IMG/VR virus record: IMGVR_UViG_3300044691_000338
Coordinates: 7,853 to 71,852 of that record
Strand: one strand, 5' to 3'
Origin: a virus
Length of the DNA stretch: 64,000 nucleotides
Shown piece by piece: positions 7,944 through 16,451 of the stretch. The notes below the pieces were generated by a model. The model searched no databases and was not told the origin of the DNA. It worked only from the letters and a program-made list of their open reading frames with translations. Position 1 is the first letter of the stretch, and every line of letters begins with the position of its first letter. The position numbers were made by a program, and so were the translations under genes.

Positions 7944-10516
7944 GGGACAGTGCTCACATGCCAAGGTTGGGTGAAGGACGGCGCGATCGGGTTGGTCGAA
8001 CTCCAGGAGATAGCCGTCGGCGTCAGCAAGGTTTCCACCAAAGACCCAGCGACGATCGTATTGGCGTAAACCTGCAATTGCTGCGTCGTCGTGTCGATCG
8101 AGATCAGCAGGTTCACCCAGGCCGCCCAGTTGGTGAAAGCATAACCCGCGCCAACGATGGGCGCGTTGCTCATATCGAACGCGGCAATGGAGAGTTGCGG
8201 CGTGCCGAGGGTATCGTTCTCAATCTTGATGAGCAGACCAGGATTGGTTGACCCCAACGTGTCATCGGTCTGGTTCGAGAAATAGATGCCAGAACCGTCG
8301 GCGTCCGGAAGATCGACCCAGATGGACAGCAGCGCCGTCGAGACAGCGGAAGGCAAGCCCGTGAGCCCGGTCCCGGTTTGCAGCACCTCTGGTGAGGTGA
8401 TCGTCACCGATTTCGGGTCATACGCGGAGAACGTGGTCGACGGCTGGGCCGAGAGTTTGAACGGGGTAAAGAAATTGCCCCAGTGCCGTTTGATCTGCCC
8501 GTTATCGAGCGCGCCAAGCCGCGTCCAGATGGGGAAACCGGCCAGTTTTGAGGACGTCTTGTCGTACTGCCACGTCTTGTCCGCCTCTGGGAAGGTGATC
8601 ACGTAATAGACGTGCTGGCCTTCCTGCCGCGCGTAGGCGATCGCATCGCCGAGATTGGGATACTTCTGAAATTCCGCCACCAGCGCCTGGGTGGAAATCG
8701 GCACCGCGGAATACCCGCTCGCCTTCACAACGATCCCTTCCCCTTGGTCGTTGCGGGACAGCCAGATCAGTTCCTCTTCAGCGAGCGCCACGGAAAACGG
8801 CGCGATGCAACCGGATTCGATGTGGTTGCTGGAAAGAGGACCGAAGGGAAAATTCGGAAGCCCCTGATCATTCCAGATTTCCGTGTTTTTTTCCTTGATG
8901 ATGTAGACCTCATCATGGATCACACCGAGGGTGACGCAGTTGTCCGGCGATTGGTTGGCCACCCCGAAATTGAGCGGTTGCCAGGTCGAGAGGTCCTCCT
9001 GGTCCGAGGACGCGATATTCTGCGAGTTCAGGAAGACGAGGACGCCGAATCCGTCAACGACACCGCCCATGACGGGATTCGGAAACGGCATGTCGATCGG
9101 CACCAGACCGACGAAAGCGCCATATGTCGGCGAGGTCAGCGTGAAGCCCGCTCCGGATCCCGTGGTCGATTTCTGGGTGAACGAGATCGCCGGGTCGGAA
9201 ATTGCCCCCGGAGAGGTGATCGTGAACCCGGTCACACTCCCTGTCGGGCCAACCCGGTTCACCAGATAGGTCGCATTGACGCCGCCACCTGTGATGAAAC
9301 CGGCCACGCCAACGACATAGCCATGGCCACCGGTATGCACCGCGAAGCCCGAGATAGGTCCGGCGGCGGCGATATCGACGGTGAACCCGGTCCCGACATT
9401 GGTGGCGATTCCTGGCGCCGCTTTCGTCGTCGCCGCGGCGGTGATCGCGTAGGCCGTGCCGCGGTTGAGCAGAATGAATCCGGTGACGACTCCACCCCCA
9501 ACGGAGGTCACCCGATAGACGGCATCCTGACTGCCGACCGTGATCAGGCCGGTGTCATTGGCCGCGTAATTGGTGCCGCCGGAAGTAATTGAAGCGGCGG
9601 TGATTTCTCCCGCGACCGCCGTGATGTTGATCGTCAGGCCGCTTCCGCCGCCGGGATGCGGCTGAATGTTCGTCGTCGCGACGTTGCTCGCCGTCGAATA
9701 CCCAGTGCCCGCGTTGGGCAGGATGAAGTCAGTCACCGGGTTGTTCGCGACAGCGGTGACCGTCGCCACCGGAAAGGCGCTCTGAAAGCCAGAGGACGCC
9801 TTCAGGAGAATGGTGTCGTTGACCGCGTACAGGCCGCCAGCGGGATTTACGGTACCGATCACCGGCCCGACCACGCCACCAGTGAGAGGCAATCCGCCCG
9901 GCACCAGCCATGCCCCCACGCCATCGACGATCAGCAGTTGCTTCTTGTTCTGGAACATCGAAACCGGCGTTGTCTCGTCACCGATCGTCCCGCAGAGGGT
10001 ATGAATGCCGTTCGCGGTGATGCTGATTACCTCGGGGCCGGATACGACGTAGAGAACGTCGTTCAGTGGCAGACCGCCGCGGCCAGGACCAAGAAAATCA
10101 TATGTCGGCGATGTCAGGATAAACCCGGTCCCGGTCCCTGTCGTCGAGAATTGGGTGAAACCAGAAGGTATGCCGGACGAGTCGCCTGGATCGATGATAT
10201 CGAACCCGGTCACAGCCGAACCGGTCAGCGTGGTCACTCTGACCCGAGGGGCACCGAAGTTCCCGCCCTCAATCGGGATCAGCACAATTACATCACCGAA
10301 AGCATATCCGGTCCCGCCTGATCCGACCGCGCCTCCGATCAGCCCGACACGGCCAACCTGATCAAGCAAATCGAGGCCGGACGCGCCGAACAGAAAGCCG
10401 GGAACGATGCCGTCGCGGGTCTCGATCACCTCAACGCAGAGGTTGAGCGCGTCTGAATCTCCAGCGTCGCTTGAATTTTGTGTGGCAAATCCACCTAAAA
10501 TTGGCGACTTCGCCAT
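7940..10516 (-). CDS. N-terminal/core part of a P22 gp10-like packaged-DNA stabilisation (tail hub) protein with inserted G/T-rich repeat modules
   Basis: MAKSPILGG...NLCVE N-terminus; core DGFGV..SSD...NFGVANQSPDN...TEIWND.G..FPF...GCIAPFS...YYVITFP.ADKTWQYD; gp10 C-terminus absent. Confidence 0.85.
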   Translation of the reverse strand: MAKSPILGGFATQNSSDAGDSDALNLCVEVIETRDGIVPGFLFGASGLDLLDQVGRVGLIGGAVGSGGTGYAFGDVIVLIPIEGGNFGAPRVRVTTLTGSAVTGFDIIDPGDSSGIPSGFTQFSTTGTGTGFILTSPTYDFLGPGRGGLPLNDVLYVVSGPEVISITANGIHTLCGTIGDETTPVSMFQNKKQLLIVDGVGAWLVPGGLPLTGGVVGPVIGTVNPAGGLYAVNDTILLKASSGFQSAFPVATVTAVANNPVTDFILPNAGTGYSTASNVATTNIQPHPGGGSGLTINITAVAGEITAASITSGGTNYAANDTGLITVGSQDAVYRVTSVGGGVVTGFILLNRGTAYAITAAATTKAAPGIATNVGTGFTVDIAAAGPISGFAVHTGGHGYVVGVAGFITGGGVNATYLVNRVGPTGSVTGFTITSPGAISDPAISFTQKSTTGSGAGFTLTSPTYGAFVGLVPIDMPFPNPVMGGVVDGFGVLVFLNSQNIASSDQEDLSTWQPLNFGVANQSPDNCVTLGVIHDEVYIIKEKNTEIWNDQGLPNFPFGPLSSNHIESGCIAPFSVALAEEELIWLSRNDQGEGIVVKASGYSAVPISTQALVAEFQKYPNLGDAIAYARQEGQHVYYVITFPEADKTWQYDKTSSKLAGFPIWTRLGALDNGQIKRHWGNFFTPFKLSAQPSTTFSAYDPKSVTITSPEVLQTGTGLTGLPSAVSTALLSIWVDLPDADGSGIYFSNQTDDTLGSTNPGLLIKIENDTLGTPQLSIAAFDMSNAPIVGAGYAFTNWAAWVNLLISIDTTTQQLQVYANTIVAGSLVETLLTPTAISWSSTNPIAPSFTQPWHVSTVP

Positions 10517-11475
10517 TAAGCCACCTCTCTACGCCGCACAGGTGGACGCCTGTTGTTTGCTTGCTGTTTGGCGTCAGCCCAGATGCAATTCTTCGGCGAG
10601 TACCCCAGATCGTTGTTCATTCTTTCCAAGGACAATCCTTGTCGAGGACGTATTCCCATGTCCTCGATAAAGTTACGATAGCTGGTCCAGCGAGGACAGA
10701 CCGTGATCCCGCGACCGGCGTATCCTGGGAACAAAGCCTTATTCTTCGGATCACACCTCCGGATCATCCCCTTCCACACATGGTACTCGAGTGGCTTCAG
10801 ATTGAGTTTCCATAGAGGGAGCGTCGTTTGCCCGGCGAACAGCGCGGTCTTTTTACAGCCACATGACTTAGTCAACCCCTCCCGCAAGGCCGTGCCCGAA
10901 ACTACCCGTTCCACCCCACAATCACATTGGCATTTCCAAAAAGGTCCGCCTTTTTTGGGCGCCGAACGATCCAGCGAAATCGCGAACCAATATCCAAACC
11001 TACGACCACTTAGGTCGATACGTGTTCGGGTTCCTGTATTTTCGTACTGTCGACAACCGCAATTAGTCGATAAGCCCCTGACCAATGAACTGCAAACAAC
11101 AGGCGTTTCAGTTCCGCAATCACAGCGGCATAGCCATCTCGCCTTCTGATGTGCGCTCACTGTCGAACGGCCCATGACAAGCCACATACCGAACCGTTTT
11201 CCGATAAGGTTAGCCCGTTTTTCTCTAAGTGTTTCGTGGACCCTACAACCACATGATTTCGATTTTCCGCTCATAAGAGAGGTCGTGAGGACCACTCGTT
11301 CAGCACCGCAGTCGCACCGACACAGGAACCTTCCTGTCGGCCGATACTCAATGACAGTCCATTTATCGAACTTTTCCCCCGTGTGATCGATCCAAGAAGG
11401 ATGCATGTGATTCCACCCCATAAAAGAGGGGAAATTCTTAACTGAATCTATCGAAAAGTCAAGGGTTTCCGCCAT
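10516..11475 (-). CDS. Free-standing HNH-type homing endonuclease with three Cys-rich repeats
   Basis: 3x G.KF/RFG.W...CxCDCG...SCGC; C-terminal YAGRGITVCPRW..F..DMG.RP..LSLERMNNDLGYSPKNCIWA...QANNRR; AT-richer than neighbours. Confidence 0.85.
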   Translation of the reverse strand: MAETLDFSIDSVKNFPSFMGWNHMHPSWIDHTGEKFDKWTVIEYRPTGRFLCRCDCGAERVVLTTSLMSGKSKSCGCRVHETLREKRANLIGKRFGMWLVMGRSTVSAHQKARWLCRCDCGTETPVVCSSLVRGLSTNCGCRQYENTGTRTRIDLSGRRFGYWFAISLDRSAPKKGGPFWKCQCDCGVERVVSGTALREGLTKSCGCKKTALFAGQTTLPLWKLNLKPLEYHVWKGMIRRCDPKNKALFPGYAGRGITVCPRWTSYRNFIEDMGIRPRQGLSLERMNNDLGYSPKNCIWADAKQQANNRRPPVRRREVA

Positions 11476-11477
11476 AA

Positions 11478-12215
11478 TTAGTTTCTACCCGTTCCGCGAT
11501 CCGAATAAATATTATAGACAACATTCCCACGACTGATCAATTCCGGGTCGAATATTGCGATTTGAGTCCTCATGTTCGTCCGCTTGATGTTCGCCTTCGA
11601 CTCGCTGGCCGCCTTTACTGTGCTGGGGTCGAGCGCCGCATCCTTGAAATACGGCTTCATCGATACGGCGAGGTTCGCCGTGTAGGCCAACTTGTAACCG
11701 GGCGGGAAACCCACGTCGGTATCGAGCGTCTGAAAGTCAGTCAGTTGCTGATAGGACAGGAACGAGCAGGTGTATCCGGTCGTTGGCGTCGGCCAGAGAT
11801 TGATGATGCCCAGTGGAAATTGCGGATCGTAGAAGAGGTGATCGGGAAGGTTGCTGTCAGCGACTGCTGTCGTGGTCCAGTTCCATTTCAGTTGGTCAAC
11901 CACGTCGATCAGATAGCGGTTCAGATTTTGGTCCAGAAGGTATGCCGCGCCGGGTGCATCGCTCACTCGAAGCGGACGGGGACCGGTGATGTCTGCGCCA
12001 ATGCCGCCCACCGTGTACTGGAACTTGTTCGGGATAAGCGTAAACGTCTGCGTCAGCCACGTGAAACAGGCGAGACTTTCGTTCGACCAGGAATCGTTCA
12101 TGTCATTGAGGATCGACAGGGCTCGCGCCATATCGGGCTGACTCGCATCTTCACCTGCGGCATAGATGCGGAGCATTTCGAACGCATCCTGGATCATGGT
12201 GCGCGCGGTGGTCAT
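11478..12215 (-). CDS. Head-to-tail adaptor, P22 gp4-like (copy 1)
   Basis: MTTARTMIQDAFEMLRIYAAGE...ARALSILNDMNDSW; FPPGYKLAYTANLAV; upstream of gp10. Confidence 0.8.
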   Translation of the reverse strand: MTTARTMIQDAFEMLRIYAAGEDASQPDMARALSILNDMNDSWSNESLACFTWLTQTFTLIPNKFQYTVGGIGADITGPRPLRVSDAPGAAYLLDQNLNRYLIDVVDQLKWNWTTTAVADSNLPDHLFYDPQFPLGIINLWPTPTTGYTCSFLSYQQLTDFQTLDTDVGFPPGYKLAYTANLAVSMKPYFKDAALDPSTVKAASESKANIKRTNMRTQIAIFDPELISRGNVVYNIYSDRGTGRN

Positions 12216-13177
12216 CAGTTCGGCTTCTGCGGGTTGGTTGGGAGGACGAACCGGTTCATCAGGGCGCGACTGTTGATCGACTGGTAGCGCAGGAAGGCGC
12301 GCGACGCGGCGGCGGCCTGGATAATCATTGGGTCGATCTGGGCATCGCGGAAGTAGGTTTTGACCGATGCCGCGAGATTTTGCCGCAGCGCGTCATAGAC
12401 CCCGACGGCGAGATCGAAGCTGCTGTCCAACGTCGGGAAATTGAGGATGCGCTGCCACGCCTGGAAAGAGAGCGTCAGGGCGGCGTTGGGTGTCGGGAGG
12501 AGTTTGATCAGTCCCAGAGGAAAGGACGGCCGGTAATACAGCGTGTTCGGCTGGCCAGCGGAGGGTGTGTAGGCCGCGAGGGACTGGAACTCGATCATCG
12601 AGACCACCTGCACAGGCGCGCCGATCACGCTACCCACGAAGGTCGAAGCCGTGATGGGACCGCTGCTCGCGGTGATGCTCAGTTGAAACCCGGTTCCCTC
12701 GCCCGGCTGCGGGCCGGCTGCGGCGGTCGCCGCCGCCGCATTGGTCGTGTAGGTTGTCCCGTTGTTGGTCAGGCTGTAACCCGCCACGGCGCCGCCTGGG
12801 ACGATCGCGGTGATGATGTACGTGGCGTTGGCTGAACTGACATTGATGATGCCGGTGTCGTTGATTTCGTAGCCGGACCCTCGTCCTGGGCTTGAGACGT
12901 TGGCGGCGTCCTCGCCATAGGCGATCGTATAGGGGCGGGACGCGGTGACATCGGCACCGATCGAGCCGACGGTGTATGTGGGCTTGGCGATCGTGAGCCC
13001 CAGATTGATCTGATTGATGCTGTTGACGAAGATATTTTCCGCCGCCAGTTCATCCATCAGCGCGTTGAGCACCAGGAGGCTGCGCGCGGCATCGGCGGCA
13101 TCGAGGTTTTCGCCCGGGGAGAACACCCCGAGCATTTCCAGCGCGTCCTGGATCAGGTCCCTGGCGGTCGTACTCAT
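12215..13177 (-). CDS. Head-to-tail adaptor, P22 gp4-like (copy 2) with an ~80-aa inserted module
   Basis: MSTTARDLIQDALEMLGVFSPGE...ARSLLVLNALMDEL; aligns by eye with 11478..12215 (YTVG.IGAD.T..RP, YY.P.FPLG.I.L.PTP, NLA.S.K.YF.DA..DP). Confidence 0.8.
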   Translation of the reverse strand: MSTTARDLIQDALEMLGVFSPGENLDAADAARSLLVLNALMDELAAENIFVNSINQINLGLTIAKPTYTVGSIGADVTASRPYTIAYGEDAANVSSPGRGSGYEINDTGIINVSSANATYIITAIVPGGAVAGYSLTNNGTTYTTNAAAATAAAGPQPGEGTGFQLSITASSGPITASTFVGSVIGAPVQVVSMIEFQSLAAYTPSAGQPNTLYYRPSFPLGLIKLLPTPNAALTLSFQAWQRILNFPTLDSSFDLAVGVYDALRQNLAASVKTYFRDAQIDPMIIQAAAASRAFLRYQSINSRALMNRFVLPTNPQKPN

Positions 13178-13250
13178 GGGGCAATTCCGGAGAGAGTGGA
13201 GCCGCCCGTGTAGTCCGCGCCACGGTTCGCCTGACTACTCTAACGTGGTG

Positions 13251-13442
13251 TCAGGTCGATTGGTAGCGGGTAGCGCGATTGATCTCCCGCTCGCTCTGGT
13301 GCGGGAAATACCGGCTGCGGTCGAGGGATTTCGGATCGAAGACAGGACCATCGGCCAGCGCCTGGCGGGCGGCCTCGCGCAATTTCCGTTTGTGCAGTTC
13401 CTGCCGCCACTTCCGGACCTCTGGTGGGACTGATGCGCTCAT
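13251..13442 (-). CDS. Hypothetical protein (63 aa)
   Basis: ATGA-coupled to upstream gene. Confidence 0.5.
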   Translation of the reverse strand: MSASVPPEVRKWRQELHKRKLREAARQALADGPVFDPKSLDRSRYFPHQSEREINRATRYQST

Positions 13443-14269
13443 TCTGTTTCCCCGGCCTCCGCCTGAACTTCGTCCTGGAGCGCGCGCGCGGTGAGTTCCG
13501 CGACCTCCTTCGCTGCCTTCTCGGCTTTCTTGCGCGCCATGGTGGCCTTGATCTTGGCGACACGGGTCGCGTTTTTCATGGCCTTGGTGACATCGGCGGG
13601 AGCCGATACATCAGTCACAGGCTCTTTCATAACCAACGGCTCGGTGAGTGCGGCTTCGTTGAGAGTGACAACCGGCTCTGCCTTCTTCGCTTTCAGCGCG
13701 GCGAGCTTCGCCTCAAGAGCCGCGATCTCGTCTTCCTCGCCATCTGGTTCCTCGATGGTTTCGGCAGCGAGATCGGCGATAATGTCCTCGACCACGCTCG
13801 GTTCGGATGGCGCTGGCGCTGCCTCTCGCGGACTCCCATCCGCATTGATGTTCAGTTCGATCAGCCGCGCCTCGGCTTCCTCCGCATTGTCGACGATCTT
13901 GCCGAACACGAACTTCGGGTACTCGATCGGGATGTAATTTTCCTGCACCGGTTGGGCTTCGGCCACCAGACGATGGAACGCGGCTGCGTCCGACTTCCCG
14001 TTGTCCTCATACCCCTGCGACAGATGATAGTCCCGCTGCGCCGCGGTGCGCGCGAGGACCGGAGGAAACCGGATCGACTCGCCGCCCATGTATCGCTTGC
14101 CGACTTCTTGTCCGGCCTCATTGAAGACTTTGATCTCTTTGTCCGGCTTCCCACGGCGATACCCCGGATGCGTCATGTAACGAGGGAATTCCTCATGCTG
14201 CGTGGCGGGACCGCCGTCGCGCATGATCCCCGCGCCAGGAATTTCCATCGTGCGGTGTTGCTCGATCAC
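13439..14269 (-). CDS. Hypothetical protein with acidic/coiled-coil C-terminus
   Basis: 276-aa ORF with two EFP/EYP-aromatic motifs (EEFPRYM, IEYPKFV); coupled to neighbours. Confidence 0.7.
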   Translation of the reverse strand: MIEQHRTMEIPGAGIMRDGGPATQHEEFPRYMTHPGYRRGKPDKEIKVFNEAGQEVGKRYMGGESIRFPPVLARTAAQRDYHLSQGYEDNGKSDAAAFHRLVAEAQPVQENYIPIEYPKFVFGKIVDNAEEAEARLIELNINADGSPREAAPAPSEPSVVEDIIADLAAETIEEPDGEEDEIAALEAKLAALKAKKAEPVVTLNEAALTEPLVMKEPVTDVSAPADVTKAMKNATRVAKIKATMARKKAEKAAKEVAELTARALQDEVQAEAGETE

Positions 14270-14496
14270 TTGCTTCTCCGGATGACCTTGGTCAGGTGGT
14301 TCCGCTCCTCGACGGCGTGCTTCTTCACATGCGCCATCAAATGCGGGTCCTTCTTGATGTCCTCGGCCCGCTTCAGGGTGTCAAGGGCATCGCGCGCCCG
14401 GTACTTCATCATGTCCGGGTCGTGCGTCGCAGTCGTGGGCATGGCGGCCGGCGCCGAGGACTTCTTGGGCGCGCCCTTCTTAATTGGCTGCTTCAT
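14266..14496 (-). CDS. Small basic hypothetical protein
   Basis: MKQPIKKGAPKK...ARDALDTLKRAEDIKKDP; GGAG RBS. Confidence 0.65.
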   Translation of the reverse strand: MKQPIKKGAPKKSSAPAAMPTTATHDPDMMKYRARDALDTLKRAEDIKKDPHLMAHVKKHAVEERNHLTKVIRRSK

Positions 14497-14671
14497 GTCG
14501 CTCACGCTCCTGGATGCACTCATGCCCATACGACGGCACCCGGTTGATGGTGATGCTGTACTCCTCGGGGAAGCCTTCGCTGCGCCCGTCGGCATACACC
14601 GCCATCACGCGCCCATCCGTTGTCCGACGCTCAAACACCGGCTTGGCGTCGGGACCACGGAAAAGCGACAT
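14480..14671 (-). CDS. Hypothetical protein (63 aa)
   Basis: TGATG coupling with upstream gene. Confidence 0.5.
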   Translation of the reverse strand: MSLFRGPDAKPVFERRTTDGRVMAVYADGRSEGFPEEYSITINRVPSYGHECIQERERHEAAN

Positions 14672-14961
14672 CACGGGTTCTCCGCGATGCGGTCCTCGTG
14701 CGACACGCCGTGCATGGCGAGGTGCAGTTCCTTGCGCACCCAGTCTTTCACCGCCTGCTGCGCGCGGTCCATGTGGTCCGCGAACTCGCGGGGCGGAGGC
14801 TCCGGCATCGGCGGTGCTTTGCTTGCCGGCGCGCTTGGCTTTGCCGGCGCCTGGATTGTAGTTCCGACGATCGGTTTCGGCTTCCCTGGGATGCCGGGAG
14901 TTCCTGGATCGGTCTCCCACGTCTTCAGCGTGTCGGAGAACGACGTCTTGGGTTTGTCCAT
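14671..14961 (-). CDS. Pro-rich hypothetical protein
   Basis: AGGAG RBS before ATG 14961. Confidence 0.6.
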   Translation of the reverse strand: MDKPKTSFSDTLKTWETDPGTPGIPGKPKPIVGTTIQAPAKPSAPASKAPPMPEPPPREFADHMDRAQQAVKDWVRKELHLAMHGVSHEDRIAENP

Positions 14962-14971
14962 GGTAGGGCTC

Positions 14972-15238
14972 CTACTGTTGAACGCGGGTGTAGCCTTCCT
15001 CGAACGGCTTGGCCGGCGAGACCGATTTGAAGCCGTCCAGATAGAGTATCGCGTAATCGCCGATACCAACACGCGATTCCATCCCGGCCTGCGTCGGCAT
15101 GAAGTGCTCAGGCGGTCCCCCGTTATCTGGCAATACCACGAGATGCTCGATTGTTCGTCCATCGGGCGTTCGTTGTATCGATACGATCTTCGCCGCCTGC
15201 ACCACCTTGTGACTGTCGTATTTCGGCCAATCGCTCAT
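14972..15238 (-). CDS. Conserved small phage protein (YxSHKxVxAxKI...GDY..Y.DG..S.SP...FE.GY family)
   Basis: Recognisable motif pattern; AGGAG RBS. Confidence 0.7.
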   Translation of the reverse strand: MSDWPKYDSHKVVQAAKIVSIQRTPDGRTIEHLVVLPDNGGPPEHFMPTQAGMESRVGIGDYAILYLDGFKSVSPAKPFEEGYTRVQQ

Positions 15239-15330
15239 GATTGCTCTCCTGGCTCTCGCACAACCCCGTCTTGCCTTGTGCGCCTGTCGATATCGTCCCG
15301 GTATTCGTGCACGGTGTACGGGTCGCTCAT
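15235..15330 (-). pseudogene. Orphaned duplicate of the C-terminus of the 15817..16200 gene (31 aa)
   Basis: MSDPYTVHEYRDDIDRRTRQDGVVR vs ENPYEVVEYRPAVDRETRQDGTIR. Confidence 0.7.
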
Positions 15331-15334
15331 CTGA

Positions 15335-15820
15335 TCAATGCTCCTGACCGGCCAGTGGGCACGCTTTCCTGGCGCCCTTCGCCAGATTGCATGAGCCGCA
15401 CAGTAACTGATAAGTCGGCGGGAACCCCTGCTTCACGATCTCGCGATAATAATCCCGCGTTGATCGTCCCACGCGTTTGCGATGCTCGCCACCGTCGCCG
15501 TTCACGTGATCCACCGTCAGGAGTTCCGCATGATGGACATGGCAACCATGGCAGTTGCACTTGCCCCCGTAGGCGGCGATGACCGCCAGCCGGAGTTCGA
15601 CCCTGGCCGTTTTGGCTTTACTCCTGATTTCCTGGCGATTTGCGGCATTGTAACGGTTATTGGTTTCCCGTTTTCTCGCGAACCATTCCTCGGGGTGGTC
15701 CGTTCGCCATGCCGCCTTGCGCGCGGCTTCCCGCGCGGCGTTCACGGGATTCTGTCGCCACGCTCGCGCCCTGTCGCGCGCCCTGCTCTCTGGCGTGCCA
15801 TTGAGGTTCAGCGCACTCAC
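15335..15820 (-). CDS. HNH-type endonuclease
   Basis: YGGKCNCHGC...LLTVDHVNGDGGEHRK...YQLLCGSCNLAK. Confidence 0.85.
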   Translation of the reverse strand: MSALNLNGTPESRARDRARAWRQNPVNAAREAARKAAWRTDHPEEWFARKRETNNRYNAANRQEIRSKAKTARVELRLAVIAAYGGKCNCHGCHVHHAELLTVDHVNGDGGEHRKRVGRSTRDYYREIVKQGFPPTYQLLCGSCNLAKGARKACPLAGQEH

Positions 15821-16200
15821 CGGATAGTTCCATCCTGCCTTGTTTCGCGATCGACCGCTGGCCTGTATTCGACGACTTCGTATGGATTTTCTCCCGGTCC
15901 ATGCAGTGGCGCGAAAGGCCGCTCTCCATCAACACGGAACCATTCGCCCAACTCGTGGTTTTCGACGCCGCGGCATCGTTCAAACATCCAGCGCCGCCAT
16001 GTCTTTTCATTGTAAGTCGCGGTGGGGACTGGGAAGTAGTGACTCACGGCGATGGAAGCGCCTGGATCGCTGGCGTCAGGACCAAGCACGGTGATTACAA
16101 GGCGGAGCGCGCCGTCCTCGCTGGCCAGTCTGAATGTCCAGAATGGCTTGCAAGTGACCTTGGTAACCAGGGTCCGCAAGATCGAGTGAGTATCGCTCAT
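15817..16200 (-). CDS. Hypothetical phage protein
   Basis: 127-aa ORF with VENHELGEWF..DG.RPFAPLH motif; coupled to neighbours. Confidence 0.7.
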   Translation of the reverse strand: MSDTHSILRTLVTKVTCKPFWTFRLASEDGALRLVITVLGPDASDPGASIAVSHYFPVPTATYNEKTWRRWMFERCRGVENHELGEWFRVDGERPFAPLHGPGENPYEVVEYRPAVDRETRQDGTIR

Positions 16201-16451
16201 GCGTGTCCGCCTCCCTGATTGAGAAACCCAAGGATATACGCCCGCGACAACTCCACCAGATCGGCGAACTTCTTCTCGGGATCGTCCTGGCTGGTCACCA
16301 TCGACACGATCACGCTGGTAATTACTCGCAGCTTCATCGTGCCGGGCACCGTGTTGATGACATCGAGTACTTTGGTCGTGGCCTCGACGATCGTCGCCGC
16401 GACCTCTGGCGATTCCGCTTCTCCGATGCCGCTGGTGGGCAAGCCGCTCAT
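16197..16451 (-). CDS. Small helical protein, paralogue of 17257..17517
   Basis: Shared pattern IG....P.....I..A...V..S.IV....SQD.P......LV...R..I. Confidence 0.7.
   Translation of the reverse strand: MSGLPTSGIGEAESPEVAATIVEATTKVLDVINTVPGTMKLRVITSVIVSMVTSQDDPEKKFADLVELSRAYILGFLNQGGGHA

Noticed and set aside
7930-7970. Programmed -1 frameshift fusing the two gp10 halves
   Set aside because: No X XXY YYZ slippery heptamer near the junction; the ATGA overlap is the usual coupling in this genome (not fully excluded)
13424-15334. 636-aa plus-strand ORF (also 17489-18742, 22426-23667, 48524-49546 and similar)
   Set aside because: Antisense shadows of well-supported minus-strand genes in GC-rich DNA; no motifs or RBS
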